64,000 bases of DNA from a virus (IMGVR_UViG_3300036770_002724:32001-96000), one strand, 5' to 3'; shown: positions 18,139-27,922, numbered from the stretch's first letter. The notes: generated by a model not told the origin, from the letters alone. Numbers and translations are program-made.

Positions 18139-19011
18139 ATGGCAGTAGATAACGCCATCAAGCAGCGGATCATCGGTGAGTACATCAAGACCGCCGCTGG
18201 TCGTGCAAAGCTCGCTGCGTCGATGACGCAGCCCCTGCGGACTCGTCGTGACTACGCGGCGGTGGGTCGTAAGACCTTCCTCGTCGAGCAGCTTCCCGAC
18301 GGTGCCCTTCCGATTTACGACAAGGATCCGGACGTCACGGCGTTCGTGGTGGGTGAGGAAGGCGAGAACATCGTCGGCATCACCAAGCCCCGGCGTGTGA
18401 TCTTCCCGCTGTTCGAGATTGCCTCGAACCCGGAGATCCCGCTGACCCAGATCAAGGAGCGCCGCTTCGACCTCATCGAGCGTGCCCAGGATCTCGCGAA
18501 GGCGCAGATCCAGGCTGCCGAGGACGAGCGGGTTTTCGCGATTCTGGACGCTATCGCCACGGCGGGTTTCGACTCGCTCCCGGCGCAGCTAAACGCGGAC
18601 ATCCCGGTTGTGGCTCCGATCAGCGGTGCCGTCCTCGCGGACGCCTTCGCTCTGATCGAGCGTCACGATCTCCGGGTTGCTCGCGTGTACATGAACGCTC
18701 GCGACTACGCGGACCTCCGCAAGTTCGGGCGTGACATCCTGGACATCGAGACCCAGGCGACCCTGCTCAAGACCGGCCTTATGGCGACCCTCTGGGGCTC
18801 GCAGGTCATCACGAGCCGTCTGGTCCCGGTGGGCACGGTGTACCTGTGCTGCGAACCGGAACACTTCGGTCGCATCCCCGTCCGTACGGAACTGACTGTT
18901 CTTTCGGCGGATGACCCGAAGGCTCGGACCATCGGGTTTTCCTGCTTCGAGAACCTGGGCATCGGGGCGTACAACCCCCGTGGCCTGGCGCGTCTGACCG
19001 TGACCCGCTAG
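18139..19011 (+). CDS. Major capsid protein (HK97 fold)
   Basis: SD AAGGAG, strongly biased codons, 290 aa; motifs QPLRTRRDY, VEQLPDGALPIYDKD, IQAAEDERVF, YMNARDYADLRK, FENLGIGAYNPRG; strong terminator downstream. Confidence 0.88.
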   Translation: MAVDNAIKQRIIGEYIKTAAGRAKLAASMTQPLRTRRDYAAVGRKTFLVEQLPDGALPIYDKDPDVTAFVVGEEGENIVGITKPRRVIFPLFEIASNPEIPLTQIKERRFDLIERAQDLAKAQIQAAEDERVFAILDAIATAGFDSLPAQLNADIPVVAPISGAVLADAFALIERHDLRVARVYMNARDYADLRKFGRDILDIETQATLLKTGLMATLWGSQVITSRLVPVGTVYLCCEPEHFGRIPVRTELTVLSADDPKARTIGFSCFENLGIGAYNPRGLARLTVTR

Positions 19012-19039
19012 TCAAGCCCGCGTAATCGCTGGACAATAG

Positions 19040-19084
19040 ACGCCTAGCGTTCCCCTCAAAAGGAACGCTAGGCGTTTTTTGTTT
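19040..19084 (+). terminator. Intrinsic terminator after major capsid gene
   Basis: 14-bp stem ACGCCTAGCGTTCC / GGAACGCTAGGCGT followed by TTTTTGTTT. Confidence 0.9.
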
Positions 19085-19163
19085 GTCCGGCCCTCCCGCC
19101 TACCCTCTTCGGTTCTTGTGTGTACGATTGTTGTTGATACCGCGCATCTGGTCGTATACTGTT

Positions 19164-21122
19164 GTGGTGGTGTCTACATCCCCGGAAGTAACCCCCGATC
19201 AGTTACGTCAGTGGTACGAGGTGGAGCTTCTCTCCGAGGAGGCCATCGCTGAAAAGCTGGGCACCTATCAAGTCTGGGTGAGCCGCAAGCGAAAGAAGTA
19301 CGGGATACCCACCATCACACAGGCGGAGCGGAGTCAGAGGCGGCTACCGTCATTGTCGGACTACCAAGTTCAGGTGCTCACCGGCTCCCTGTTGGGGGAC
19401 GGGTGGATGGATGCGACCAGTAAAGCCTCCGCACGTTTCCAAGAGGGGCATTGTGTCGAGCAGGCCGCATACACGGAGTGGAAAGCCGAGGTCTTTCAGC
19501 CGTTCGTCTCAGGTCTGATGGACCGAAAAAAGAACGACCTCAAAGCCGGTAAGACCTTCTACTCCAAGGTGCTCGTGACGACGTCCTGTCCACAGCTTCG
19601 CTTCTTTTACGATCTCTTCTATCCGGCTCCTGATCGGGTCCGGGTGTTCCCTTCGGATCTTGCTGCTCGGATGACTCCCTTGGTGCTGGCCGTTTGGTAC
19701 ATGGACGACGGCAGTCTGACTACCCGAGGGGAGCCGAGGATTGCGTTTGGTCTTGACGATGAGAGTCGGTCACGGGCTCTCAAGTCCCTGCGGGGGTTAG
19801 GGCTCAGTCCGGTCACCTATGGTGAAGGTGGCAACCAGAGCATCCAGTTCCCCAAGCAGGCTATGAAGTTCCGAGCCCTGATAGAACCCCACATCATCCC
19901 CTGCATGGCGTACAAGCTCCCGACGGAGACCGCCGGTCAAGTTCATCATCGGGAAGCCCGGGAGCTTACCCCTGAGAAAGCAGCGAGTCTCTATCAAGGG
20001 GGTCTGGCGGTTGAGCAGATCGCAAAGACCTTCAACGTGGGCGCCTCGACTGTAGGCCGTCGCTTGCTAGCCGCAGGGACAAAGCGGAATCAGCGTCCAG
20101 GACCGAAGGGCAAGACTGCGTCCCTGACCTTGGATGCTGCACAGAAATACCTCGCCCGGTACAATTCTTCACAATGGGCAGGGCTTTCGTCGGACGATCA
20201 AGAGCGATGGGTCGCGGACGTTTTCCGTGTGCTGCGGAGCCTCCCGCTGCCGGTGTTCCCAGCAGCGGGACCAGAAGAAGCTAAAGACCTGCTGGGGCAG
20301 GTACAGCAAGCTGAGATGTCCTTGATAGGCAACGTCATCCAGCCTATCCGAAGGGTTGGTATCTCCCTCTGCAACGGCTTCTTCCCTAACCGTTACGAGG
20401 CGGTGTCCTTGGGTGAGAAGTCCGCGTTCGAGGCGTGGCACACCGATAAGCTGCTGGAGCGGGCGATCAGGTTTCAGTTCAAGGTAGGTGACCCGGTGCT
20501 GCCTCATCGGGTGCTTCGGGCGGTTACGATGAACTGCCGGACGCCGACGATCTTTCGACCGACAGTAGCCCGATTCGTCTATCAGAGATATTGCTCGGCT
20601 GGGGGCACGGTCTGGGATCCCTGTTCTGGATTCGGTGGACGCCTCTTGGGTGCCCTGGCTGCGGGTGTGGAGTACGTTGGGACGGACGTGGACTCTGCGA
20701 CCGTGGAGGGCAACCTGGCGCTTGCAAAGACTTTGGGGCGAGAGGTACGAGTCGAGAAGACACCAGCGGAGAAGTTTGTGCCTCCGCCCGTGGATCTGGT
20801 GTTCACTTCACCCCCCTACTTCAACCGAGAGCTATACTCGCAAGAGGAGGGTCAGTCCTGGAAGCAGTATTCGGAGTTCGATGGATGGGTCGAGGGCTTC
20901 TTGCGGCCCGTCGTACAGAAGGCTCGAAAGGCGTTACGTCCGACGGGGCGGTTGGTGCTGAACGTAGCGAACGTGCGTAGCCATCGGGAGGCTATTCCTT
21001 TGGTAGACGTGACGATGCAGGTCGCCCAAGAGGAGGGCTTCCGTCTGGTAGAGACGCTTCGGATGCCTTTGCCGAAACTGAATCGAGATAACCCCTCAGA
21101 GCCTGTGCTGGTTTTTGAGTGA
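19164..21122 (+). CDS. Fusion of LAGLIDADG homing endonuclease and amino (N6A/N4C) DNA methyltransferase
   Basis: VLTGSLLGDGWM and LAVWYMDDGS; C-terminal WDPCSGFGGRLLGA (motif I) and DLVFTSPPYF (motif IV); start uncertain (GTG 19164-19170, after TATACT at 19155). Confidence 0.8.
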   Translation: MVVSTSPEVTPDQLRQWYEVELLSEEAIAEKLGTYQVWVSRKRKKYGIPTITQAERSQRRLPSLSDYQVQVLTGSLLGDGWMDATSKASARFQEGHCVEQAAYTEWKAEVFQPFVSGLMDRKKNDLKAGKTFYSKVLVTTSCPQLRFFYDLFYPAPDRVRVFPSDLAARMTPLVLAVWYMDDGSLTTRGEPRIAFGLDDESRSRALKSLRGLGLSPVTYGEGGNQSIQFPKQAMKFRALIEPHIIPCMAYKLPTETAGQVHHREARELTPEKAASLYQGGLAVEQIAKTFNVGASTVGRRLLAAGTKRNQRPGPKGKTASLTLDAAQKYLARYNSSQWAGLSSDDQERWVADVFRVLRSLPLPVFPAAGPEEAKDLLGQVQQAEMSLIGNVIQPIRRVGISLCNGFFPNRYEAVSLGEKSAFEAWHTDKLLERAIRFQFKVGDPVLPHRVLRAVTMNCRTPTIFRPTVARFVYQRYCSAGGTVWDPCSGFGGRLLGALAAGVEYVGTDVDSATVEGNLALAKTLGREVRVEKTPAEKFVPPPVDLVFTSPPYFNRELYSQEEGQSWKQYSEFDGWVEGFLRPVVQKARKALRPTGRLVLNVANVRSHREAIPLVDVTMQVAQEEGFRLVETLRMPLPKLNRDNPSEPVLVFE

Positions 21123-21136
21123 TTGGGGCCTTAGTC

Positions 21137-21982
21137 ATGTCGCTCTTTGATTCCGTCGTCGTCTTTCGCCCTCATGGGTATGTCCACAACTGCTTCGCGG
21201 AGTGCGCTCTCGCGATGAATGAAGCCGCCAAAGACTTGGGGTGGATCCCTTCTGAACAGCCTGTTTTCGAGGTAGACACACCGGAAGTTCTTCGAGGACT
21301 GAACCGCCCTCTCGTCTTCGGAGTCGTCCTCGCCCCCTCGTGGGCGCAGTACCTCCCTGAAGGCTCCGTCCTCTACAACCTGGAGCAGTCGGGAGCCCCG
21401 ATCACCTGGGGGGTGTACCAAGAGGTGTTGAAGCGGTCCCGCATCTGGGACTACGATCCGGTCAACAGGGGAACCCAGGATTGGCCCGTATGCCGGATAG
21501 GCTACCATCCGGTCCTCAGTCAGTTTTCACTCGCAGACGTGCGCCCCATCGACGTTTTCTTTTACGGGTCGATCAACGCCCGGCGTGCTGACCTGTTCGA
21601 TAGAATCCGGTCTCGCGGGTTGAACGTCGTCGCTCGTTTCGGGGTTTACGGGGAGGAGCGGGATCGGCTCATGGCTCAGTCGAAGGTGGTCCTCAACCTC
21701 CACTATCATTCCGACAAGGGGATCTTCGAGCAGGTCCGCTGCCAATACCCCCTGTCCAATCGGATCGCGGTCGTCTCTGAAACCGGAGCCTCGTCCGAGG
21801 TGGAAGCGGAGTACGCGGAGGCTGTCCGGTTTGCTCCCTACGAAGGGCTCGCGGACGCTTGTAAAGAACTGGCGCGAGGCCCGTGGAAGGCTCAAGGGGA
21901 CAGGGGTTTCGAGGTCTACTCGACCTCGATGCTCCAGTCCCGTTACCTCTCAATCCTCGAAAGGCCCGTCACCCCCGGGTAG
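21137..21982 (+). CDS. GT-B glycosyltransferase (family 1-like)
   Basis: DVFFYGSINARR, YGEERDRLMAQSKVVLNLH, FEQVR..SNRIAVVSE. Confidence 0.75.
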   Translation: MSLFDSVVVFRPHGYVHNCFAECALAMNEAAKDLGWIPSEQPVFEVDTPEVLRGLNRPLVFGVVLAPSWAQYLPEGSVLYNLEQSGAPITWGVYQEVLKRSRIWDYDPVNRGTQDWPVCRIGYHPVLSQFSLADVRPIDVFFYGSINARRADLFDRIRSRGLNVVARFGVYGEERDRLMAQSKVVLNLHYHSDKGIFEQVRCQYPLSNRIAVVSETGASSEVEAEYAEAVRFAPYEGLADACKELARGPWKAQGDRGFEVYSTSMLQSRYLSILERPVTPG

Positions 21983-21992
21983 GGGGTGACGG
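21966..21992. terminator. GC-rich hairpin at the end of the glycosyltransferase gene
   Basis: 11-bp stem CCGTCACCCCC / GGGGGTGACGG with 5-nt loop; short U tract only on the minus strand. Confidence 0.5.
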
Positions 21993-22135
21993 CCCAGCGG
22001 ATTGACCTCGTCCTCCCTGGTGGCGACCTCGCGTCCCACGCGGCCACCAGGATAGGGGGGCCTTTGCACCCCTCCACCACCCGGAGCAATCCGCTCACTC
22101 CGGATGGGCCGACCGATTATTGGCGTCGTCCCTGC
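21990..22135 (-). ncRNA. Putative structured non-coding RNA with closing stem and 8-9 bp pseudoknot
   Basis: Pairings 21990-21996/22105-22111, 22081-22086/22098-22103, loop 22087-22094 with 21997-22004, 22016-22024/22043-22051, 22030-22034/22038-22042; lies downstream of the conserved 42-bp element; strand inferred. Confidence 0.5.
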
Positions 22136-22136
22136 T

Positions 22137-22178
22137 ATGACATAGCTATCCGCGACCCGGCCCGGTTTAGCCACAAAA
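22137..22178 (-). promoter_or_regulatory. Conserved 42-bp element, copy 1 (candidate promoter or operator)
   Basis: 36/42 identical to 43544-43585, including exact GCCCGGTTTAGCCACAAAA; phased A-tracts adjacent. Confidence 0.6.
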
Positions 22179-22247
22179 AGCACGAAAAAACGTATCACGC
22201 CTTCGTTGGTTCCTCCTCCGGTTCGGGTACTCGGGCTAGGAGGTCTC

Positions 22248-23294
22248 ATGTACGATCTCAGAGACTACGAATTCTGGAAGCCCTCGACTACCGTCAAAAG
22301 CTCGATGACATGGCGGTCTGCTCTTGTTCTTGCTGCGTGTGGCTCCCAGTTTCTTGAGTATCGCGCACATAAGCCCGTGGGGAAGGACCCGGCAAGGAAC
22401 TTCCCGGGCTTCGATCTCGCCCGTATCGAGCGTGATCTGCGGGAGTGTCTGGGGCCGGAGGCGCGGGGGATCAGGGCGACTGGCGCTTGGAACGAAGCGG
22501 CGATTCAGTTGACCGTCCTGACTCGGACCATGTTGATCTGTTTCCGACCCGACCCCTCGACCAAGGACCGCCCGTTCTTTACTGCCTACGAGAAGGGCGA
22601 GGAGCTTTTCACGTCCTTGGGGCGTTCAGGTGTCCTGCCCTATTTGCTGTCGCCCCACTCGAAGCCCTACTGGAAGTCGTTGCTCATTCTCGGTGCGATG
22701 AGCAGCGGGGCGCGTTTCATCGTATCGGAGCCGACCCCCAGGACTTCCCGGGAAAGGCGTCCGTCTCTTGAAGGGGCTACCTCCCTGTCCCCCTCGCAGA
22801 TCGAAGCCGCCTTGTCCCTTTTGCGTAAGGGGTTCCGGGCTAAAGCAAACGTCGGTGCCTCGGTCAGCACCTTGGAGTTCAAGGTCGATTTCATCGAAAA
22901 GGAAGGGGCCTTCAAGCTCCCGCCCCATTTGGTGTTTTCGGAATCTGAGCTAGAGGGTATTGACGACATGAGCGTCAGCCCTCGTACCCCTGCCGTAGCA
23001 AAGGAGCCTTCTTCGATCATGGTACAAACGCCTGCCAGTCCTCATCCCCTTCACGCCGAAGTGCTTCGTGAACTAGGCCCACTGCTTTCTTTGGAAGCGG
23101 AAGCTCTTGGGGTCAGTCAAGAGGACCTCACCAAGTCTCTGGTAGAGGAGGTCTTGTCGGGTATTCGATCCAGGCTTCGCGAGAGCGCGCAAACCCGTTT
23201 CGATGCTCAGATGTCCCGGCTGGAGGAGGCTCATCAGAAGAAGCTCGCCTCGTTGCGGGAGGAATTCGGTCATTTTCTCGTGAGCCCAAGGTAA
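22248..23294 (+). CDS. Hypothetical protein with C-terminal coiled coil
   Basis: SD GGAGG before ATG 22248; 348 aa. Confidence 0.65.
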   Translation: MYDLRDYEFWKPSTTVKSSMTWRSALVLAACGSQFLEYRAHKPVGKDPARNFPGFDLARIERDLRECLGPEARGIRATGAWNEAAIQLTVLTRTMLICFRPDPSTKDRPFFTAYEKGEELFTSLGRSGVLPYLLSPHSKPYWKSLLILGAMSSGARFIVSEPTPRTSRERRPSLEGATSLSPSQIEAALSLLRKGFRAKANVGASVSTLEFKVDFIEKEGAFKLPPHLVFSESELEGIDDMSVSPRTPAVAKEPSSIMVQTPASPHPLHAEVLRELGPLLSLEAEALGVSQEDLTKSLVEEVLSGIRSRLRESAQTRFDAQMSRLEEAHQKKLASLREEFGHFLVSPR

Positions 23295-23364
23295 GGTGCA
23301 GCGATTCGTCTACCGTCCTCCCGTCTTTGGTCGGGGTACGGTTTCATACGACTACGGAGGATAG

Positions 23365-24750
23365 ATGCCGGACATTCAGTTCAAGCGAGGCGAGTTCGTC
23401 GCCTTTCGCGCCACGACCAAGTTCCACCTCGGGGAGCGGCAGCGGGACATCTGGGATGGGGATGAGGTCGAGTTTGATGGGCAGACCCTGAAGTATCAGG
23501 GGGAGTCCATCGGAGCCCCTTCGATTCGAGGGGCGATCAAGGCTGGATGGCTCGTCCCGGTGGACGACAACGTCAGCCGTTACATCCCCAAGGCAGCGAA
23601 CGTCGAGGTTCGTCCGGCCAAGACCTCTGGTAACGAGCGAGGACCGGCGCTCAGGATGGCGAACGCTCAGGATGATGAGCGGGAGGTCGGGAACGTCAAG
23701 TCGCTCCAAGAGCGACGGAAAGCGGCTCAGGAGGCGGTTCACGACCGGATCACCCTGGCCCGTCAGGATCCCGATGTTGGATCAGCCGAGGATGGCGAGG
23801 TCATCCGGGCGTCTTTCGCCAAGTCGGCAGTCCAGAAGCCCCTTGTCGATCAGAACACGGTCGTCGATGAGGAGGATGCTGCCCCTGTCGCCTCAACTTC
23901 TTCTGTCGAAGCAGATGTCCCTGCGATCAAGGAGCCAGAACTGCCTACTGGGCGTCCCCGTTCGCCCGAAGAGGCGGAGGCGATGAACCGGGCGATCCTG
24001 GCGAGGGCGCTCTCCCAGCCTGTTCCGAAGCCCAAGGATCCGACCGTCGCTTATGGCGGAGCGCGTCACGATTCCTTGGGGGATTCTTCCAAGGGCTCAA
24101 AAGACGGTAAGTTCGCCATCAAGGCTTCTGAGGATGATCAGGGCGGGGAGGTCGTCGGGAAGATCAAGACCTCTGCCGTCGGGGTTGCGGTCGGGGCCGA
24201 GGGTGCGCGGGTCGAGGCGCAGAAGCTCGACGTATCGAAGGTTTCGGCTCAGGATGTCGAGGCGGCAGTCAAGCCGGTGGGGGGCTCCAAGCGTCCGACG
24301 CTTCCGACCCTGAAGCCGAAGGTTCCGGCGTCCTTCGCGGCAGCGAAGCAGAAGACGGTCGTGACCGCTTCTGAGAAGCCCCCTGTCGAGGAAGACTTCG
24401 AGCATGATCTTCCCCAGGGCACGGCGACTCAGGTGGTCGATGGCGAGAGCTTGTCCGCCAAGCCGTCGGGGACGACGGGCGACGTGACTGAGACCCGCAC
24501 CGGGTCGGACCTGGATGAACTGCTCCCGGATGCTTTGGTAGCCGGTGGTAAGCCGGAGGCTTCCATCGTCGGTCAGAACGTCGAGGGTTTTGCTTGGGAC
24601 AAGACGCTTCATTGGTCGAAGCGGGTGGATCTCGCGGTAAAGAACTACGGGGATCAGCCTGAGATCATCCAGCAGATTCTCGCGGTCGAGACACCGAGCG
24701 TCGCCAAGCAGATCCAGTCGAAGCTCATCCGTGCCGGTAAGACTGTCTGA
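23365..24750 (+). CDS. Hypothetical protein, low-complexity centre with folded termini
   Basis: SD GGAGGA; 461 aa; phage-typical codon bias. Confidence 0.7.
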   Translation: MPDIQFKRGEFVAFRATTKFHLGERQRDIWDGDEVEFDGQTLKYQGESIGAPSIRGAIKAGWLVPVDDNVSRYIPKAANVEVRPAKTSGNERGPALRMANAQDDEREVGNVKSLQERRKAAQEAVHDRITLARQDPDVGSAEDGEVIRASFAKSAVQKPLVDQNTVVDEEDAAPVASTSSVEADVPAIKEPELPTGRPRSPEEAEAMNRAILARALSQPVPKPKDPTVAYGGARHDSLGDSSKGSKDGKFAIKASEDDQGGEVVGKIKTSAVGVAVGAEGARVEAQKLDVSKVSAQDVEAAVKPVGGSKRPTLPTLKPKVPASFAAAKQKTVVTASEKPPVEEDFEHDLPQGTATQVVDGESLSAKPSGTTGDVTETRTGSDLDELLPDALVAGGKPEASIVGQNVEGFAWDKTLHWSKRVDLAVKNYGDQPEIIQQILAVETPSVAKQIQSKLIRAGKTV

Positions 24751-24797
24751 CCTGTCCCGCTAGCCTATCTATCGGGGGGCTCTCATAGGGAGCCCCC

Positions 24798-25184
24798 ATG
24801 CCTACCAAAAAAGCCAATAGCCAAGCTGCCTGGGCGTTGTTGACCGAGGGGGTCACTTCCGCTCGTCTGGAGGCCCATCGTCTCCAGCACATGATCAACC
24901 GCGCTTCTCAGCTTGTGGAGAAGTCCGAGCAGCGGGACCATTTGTACGAAGTCGCCGGGGATGTGATCGTCGCTCTCCCTGAGCGGCTCAACCACTTGAT
25001 CACCGACCTTGATCGAACGTCTTTGGCCTTGTCTCGCATGGGGCAAGACTTCCTGGAGTCTCGGCTGTCACTTTCCGATAAGAATCTTGTTGAGGAGTCG
25101 ATCTCCTCTGCGTTCGGGAAGTCGCGACCCAAGGAGTCTCATGTCGCTCGACGGGTTGCCCGGCGCTATCTCGGGAAGCTGTAG
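24798..25184 (+). CDS. Hypothetical helical protein ending in RRVARRYL motif
   Basis: 128 aa; preceded by TAG-N6-TATC motif. Confidence 0.7.
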   Translation: MPTKKANSQAAWALLTEGVTSARLEAHRLQHMINRASQLVEKSEQRDHLYEVAGDVIVALPERLNHLITDLDRTSLALSRMGQDFLESRLSLSDKNLVEESISSAFGKSRPKESHVARRVARRYLGKL

Positions 25185-25186
25185 CC

Positions 25187-26662
25187 ATGATCCGACGTGC
25201 CGATCTCAACCCCCCGCTAGGCTCACCAGGGGGGCCATGCCGGGTCGTTCAGCGTATCCATGAACGGGTCAGGAGTCCCGTTCTGAGGGAACAACTGACT
25301 CAAGAGGTCGAGGATGGCTCTGAACTTGACAACCCTTCAGCCGCCAAGGTGTACGATGTCAATACCGAGCGGCTCGAAGGTTTCTTCAAGCAGGTAATCA
25401 TCGGGCCGCACGCGGCCTACCGGATGGATCTGCGAACGGTCTCTGTTCCGGTCATCAAGCAGGCTGTCCAGAACTTCCTCAAGGCGATGTCCGACGCAAA
25501 GTCTCGGAACGCCCCAGAGTACCACCGCAACAAGGCCGAATTGGAACGGGGTCGTACCGTTCGGTGGGATGACCCAAAGCTCAAGGTCACCATTGTCCTT
25601 TCGCTCGCTGGTCAAGGGGTTGCCAAGATCGTCACGACTTACTGGACGGGCCGAAAAGATCCTTCCCCTCCCCGTGCTCCGTGCTCCATCAAGACCGCCC
25701 TCGGTTATCGTGAGCCCGCGAGCGCCCTTCCCGGAGCCCAGACGTTCGTCAACAATCCAGATGGTGAGCAGCGGCGAGAAGTCCCCAGTGGTTCGGTCGC
25801 CCCAAAGCCGCGTTCTCGCAACTTCAAGCAGCCCGCTTACAACGGGCCAGGTTCTTCAGGATCTTCGCCCGACGGAAAGTCGTTCAGTCAGGACAAGCCT
25901 CGGACCCTCGGGATGCCGGGGGAGGAATACGGGTCGCCGTACATTGGACCTCTTCAGGGTGGGCGTAAGCGCCGGACGATGACGGCAGACTTCCTCTACG
26001 AGAAGCGTCCACCGGACATGGACCCGGAGTCGAAGTTCGACCGGGCGACTTCTCCGCTGACTTGGCCTCATGGCGAACCGGGGCAGACGCTCGACATCAC
26101 CGAGATCACGGACAATCCGGGTTCTGCCAAGGTCATCCCCGAAGGCAAGGGCTTCGTCAACCGGCAAGCGTACAAGATCGCAGACATTGAGTCCCTTTGC
26201 GACTCGGACCTTCGCGGCAAAGCCCAACAGGTGAAAGTCCGTTTGCGGCGTGTGGATTCGCGCGCGATGTCCTGGACCTTTGAGGCGACGGGATCGAAGG
26301 GTCCTTATCAAATCAAGATCAAAGCGTTGCCGAAGCGGTCTGACGTGAAAGACCCCAAGAAGGTAGATGTCCTGGTCTCCTGCTCCTGCCCGTTTTGGCA
26401 GTGGCAGGGGCCGGAGCATTGGGCGACCCAACACGACTACCTGTATGGTCGTCCTCGGGGCACGGCGTCTCGACCTGAAATCAAGGATGCCAACAAGGAG
26501 CATGGAGCCTGCAAACACGTTCTTGCCGCTCTCCATGCTATCAAAGACGGTGACATTCCGGGACGTACCAAAAAGCTGGCCTCTCTGGGTTCCGTGTGGC
26601 GGGACGAGGGTTTCATCCAGCGGATTGCGCGGCGGTATCTTGAGGGCAAAGGAGACTACTGA
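25187..26662 (+). CDS. Multidomain protein with C-terminal SWIM-type Zn finger and terminal RIARRYL motif
   Basis: VSCSCPFW....CKHVLAAL (CxC...CxH); linkers KTALG, RTMTA, RQAYK. Confidence 0.65.
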   Translation: MIRRADLNPPLGSPGGPCRVVQRIHERVRSPVLREQLTQEVEDGSELDNPSAAKVYDVNTERLEGFFKQVIIGPHAAYRMDLRTVSVPVIKQAVQNFLKAMSDAKSRNAPEYHRNKAELERGRTVRWDDPKLKVTIVLSLAGQGVAKIVTTYWTGRKDPSPPRAPCSIKTALGYREPASALPGAQTFVNNPDGEQRREVPSGSVAPKPRSRNFKQPAYNGPGSSGSSPDGKSFSQDKPRTLGMPGEEYGSPYIGPLQGGRKRRTMTADFLYEKRPPDMDPESKFDRATSPLTWPHGEPGQTLDITEITDNPGSAKVIPEGKGFVNRQAYKIADIESLCDSDLRGKAQQVKVRLRRVDSRAMSWTFEATGSKGPYQIKIKALPKRSDVKDPKKVDVLVSCSCPFWQWQGPEHWATQHDYLYGRPRGTASRPEIKDANKEHGACKHVLAALHAIKDGDIPGRTKKLASLGSVWRDEGFIQRIARRYLEGKGDY

Positions 26663-27048
26663 TGCCCGTCTACGAGTACCGCTGCACCTCTTGTGAGATT
26701 TTGAGCGAGCGCGTCCTCTCGATCAAGGACTGCAACAACTCCCAAGCCTGTGGGAGTTGTGGCTCGCCTCTGGAGCGTTTGATTTCCGCCAACCTCGGGA
26801 TGGTCCTCAAGGGAGACGGCTGGCCGGGAAAGGCGATGAAGGTCAACGGGCAGATGGCCCGTAAGAACCGTCGTCTCGATGCGAAGTCGGAAGAGCGGCG
26901 ACGGGACGCTCCCGGAGTGAAGCTCGTCCCGAACGTGAACGGGGAACAGGTGAACTCGTGGTCCGAGGCGAAGTCCCTCGCCGGAAGCCTCGGCAAAGAC
27001 ACCTCTTCTTACGACCCTCTCGTTCAAAAGGAAAAGGCTGACACATGA
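26662..27048 (+). CDS. FmdB-family zinc-ribbon protein
   Basis: MPVYEYRCTSC...CGSCG..LERLIS. Confidence 0.8.
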   Translation: MPVYEYRCTSCEILSERVLSIKDCNNSQACGSCGSPLERLISANLGMVLKGDGWPGKAMKVNGQMARKNRRLDAKSEERRRDAPGVKLVPNVNGEQVNSWSEAKSLAGSLGKDTSSYDPLVQKEKADT

Positions 27049-27854
27049 CGTACCCCCTACCGTTCAAGGTTTTTCCGGGCATCGTTCAACGGTCCCGGTA
27101 CTTCATCGACCTTCAGGTCCGAGACCTTCCTGGGATCAACGCGACCCGGCTTTGGGGCTCGACTAATCTGACGGATGCCTACGGGACGTTGTCGACGAGC
27201 GGGATCGCAGGGTCAGGGGGGACGGCGTTTGCGGAAGCGACTCGGGGAACGTCGTTCGTTTCCCGCACGCTCGACCGGACCCAGCTAGTCGAAGAATCTC
27301 ATCGGGGGATGACCCGCTACTACTTCAACCCCGATGACTTCGTGAACCCGGCGCTACTGAGCCCGATGCCTGCTGACGACGCTATCCTGTACGTCCGGAT
27401 GCAGCAAAGCAGCATGGCGGCGGGCGGTTTCCTGGCCGTTCCGGCGGGCGCCGTAAACAACGCCAGCGAACCTATCCGGGGGCCGATCCTCGTGATCCCT
27501 CCCGTCATGTTTTGGCAGACGGGCCGTCCTGCCCTGTCGCTCGCAGGAATCGCCCCCTCTAATACGGGCTGCACCGCAGGGAACATTCCGGTCGTAGATG
27601 AGACCGTCCAGATCCCTCTCCCGATGCACATCGTCCTGCCTCGTCCTACAAGCCTGATCACCATCACGAACATGAATTCTGCCGCAGGCGTTACCCTTTT
27701 GGTTTCCCCTGGTCTCGGATTGCCGATGGTCGAGATCGCTTACGGTACGCCTGTCAACTTCGAGGGCGGGATTCGGGAGATCGTCTTGGCTCGCGCATCA
27801 GGAGCGGGAGGTTGCGCCTTCTCGATCTTCGCCGCCATCAACATGGAGTCCTGA
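27045..27854 (+). CDS. Putative virion structural protein
   Basis: 269 aa, beta-rich composition, leads into the paralog array. Confidence 0.5.
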   Translation: MTYPLPFKVFPGIVQRSRYFIDLQVRDLPGINATRLWGSTNLTDAYGTLSTSGIAGSGGTAFAEATRGTSFVSRTLDRTQLVEESHRGMTRYYFNPDDFVNPALLSPMPADDAILYVRMQQSSMAAGGFLAVPAGAVNNASEPIRGPILVIPPVMFWQTGRPALSLAGIAPSNTGCTAGNIPVVDETVQIPLPMHIVLPRPTSLITITNMNSAAGVTLLVSPGLGLPMVEIAYGTPVNFEGGIREIVLARASGAGGCAFSIFAAINMES

Positions 27855-27922
27855 TTTTCCGAATAGGCTCCCTATAACTTTGGCTTCCTTGAAGAAGGCC
27901 CGTGGGCCTTGGGAGAACCGAA

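Noticed and set aside
21950-22357. ORFs 21950-22249(-) and 21986-22357(+) as proteins
   Set aside because: No SD, atypical composition, they overlap the conserved element and the 22248 gene; RNA structure explains the region better.
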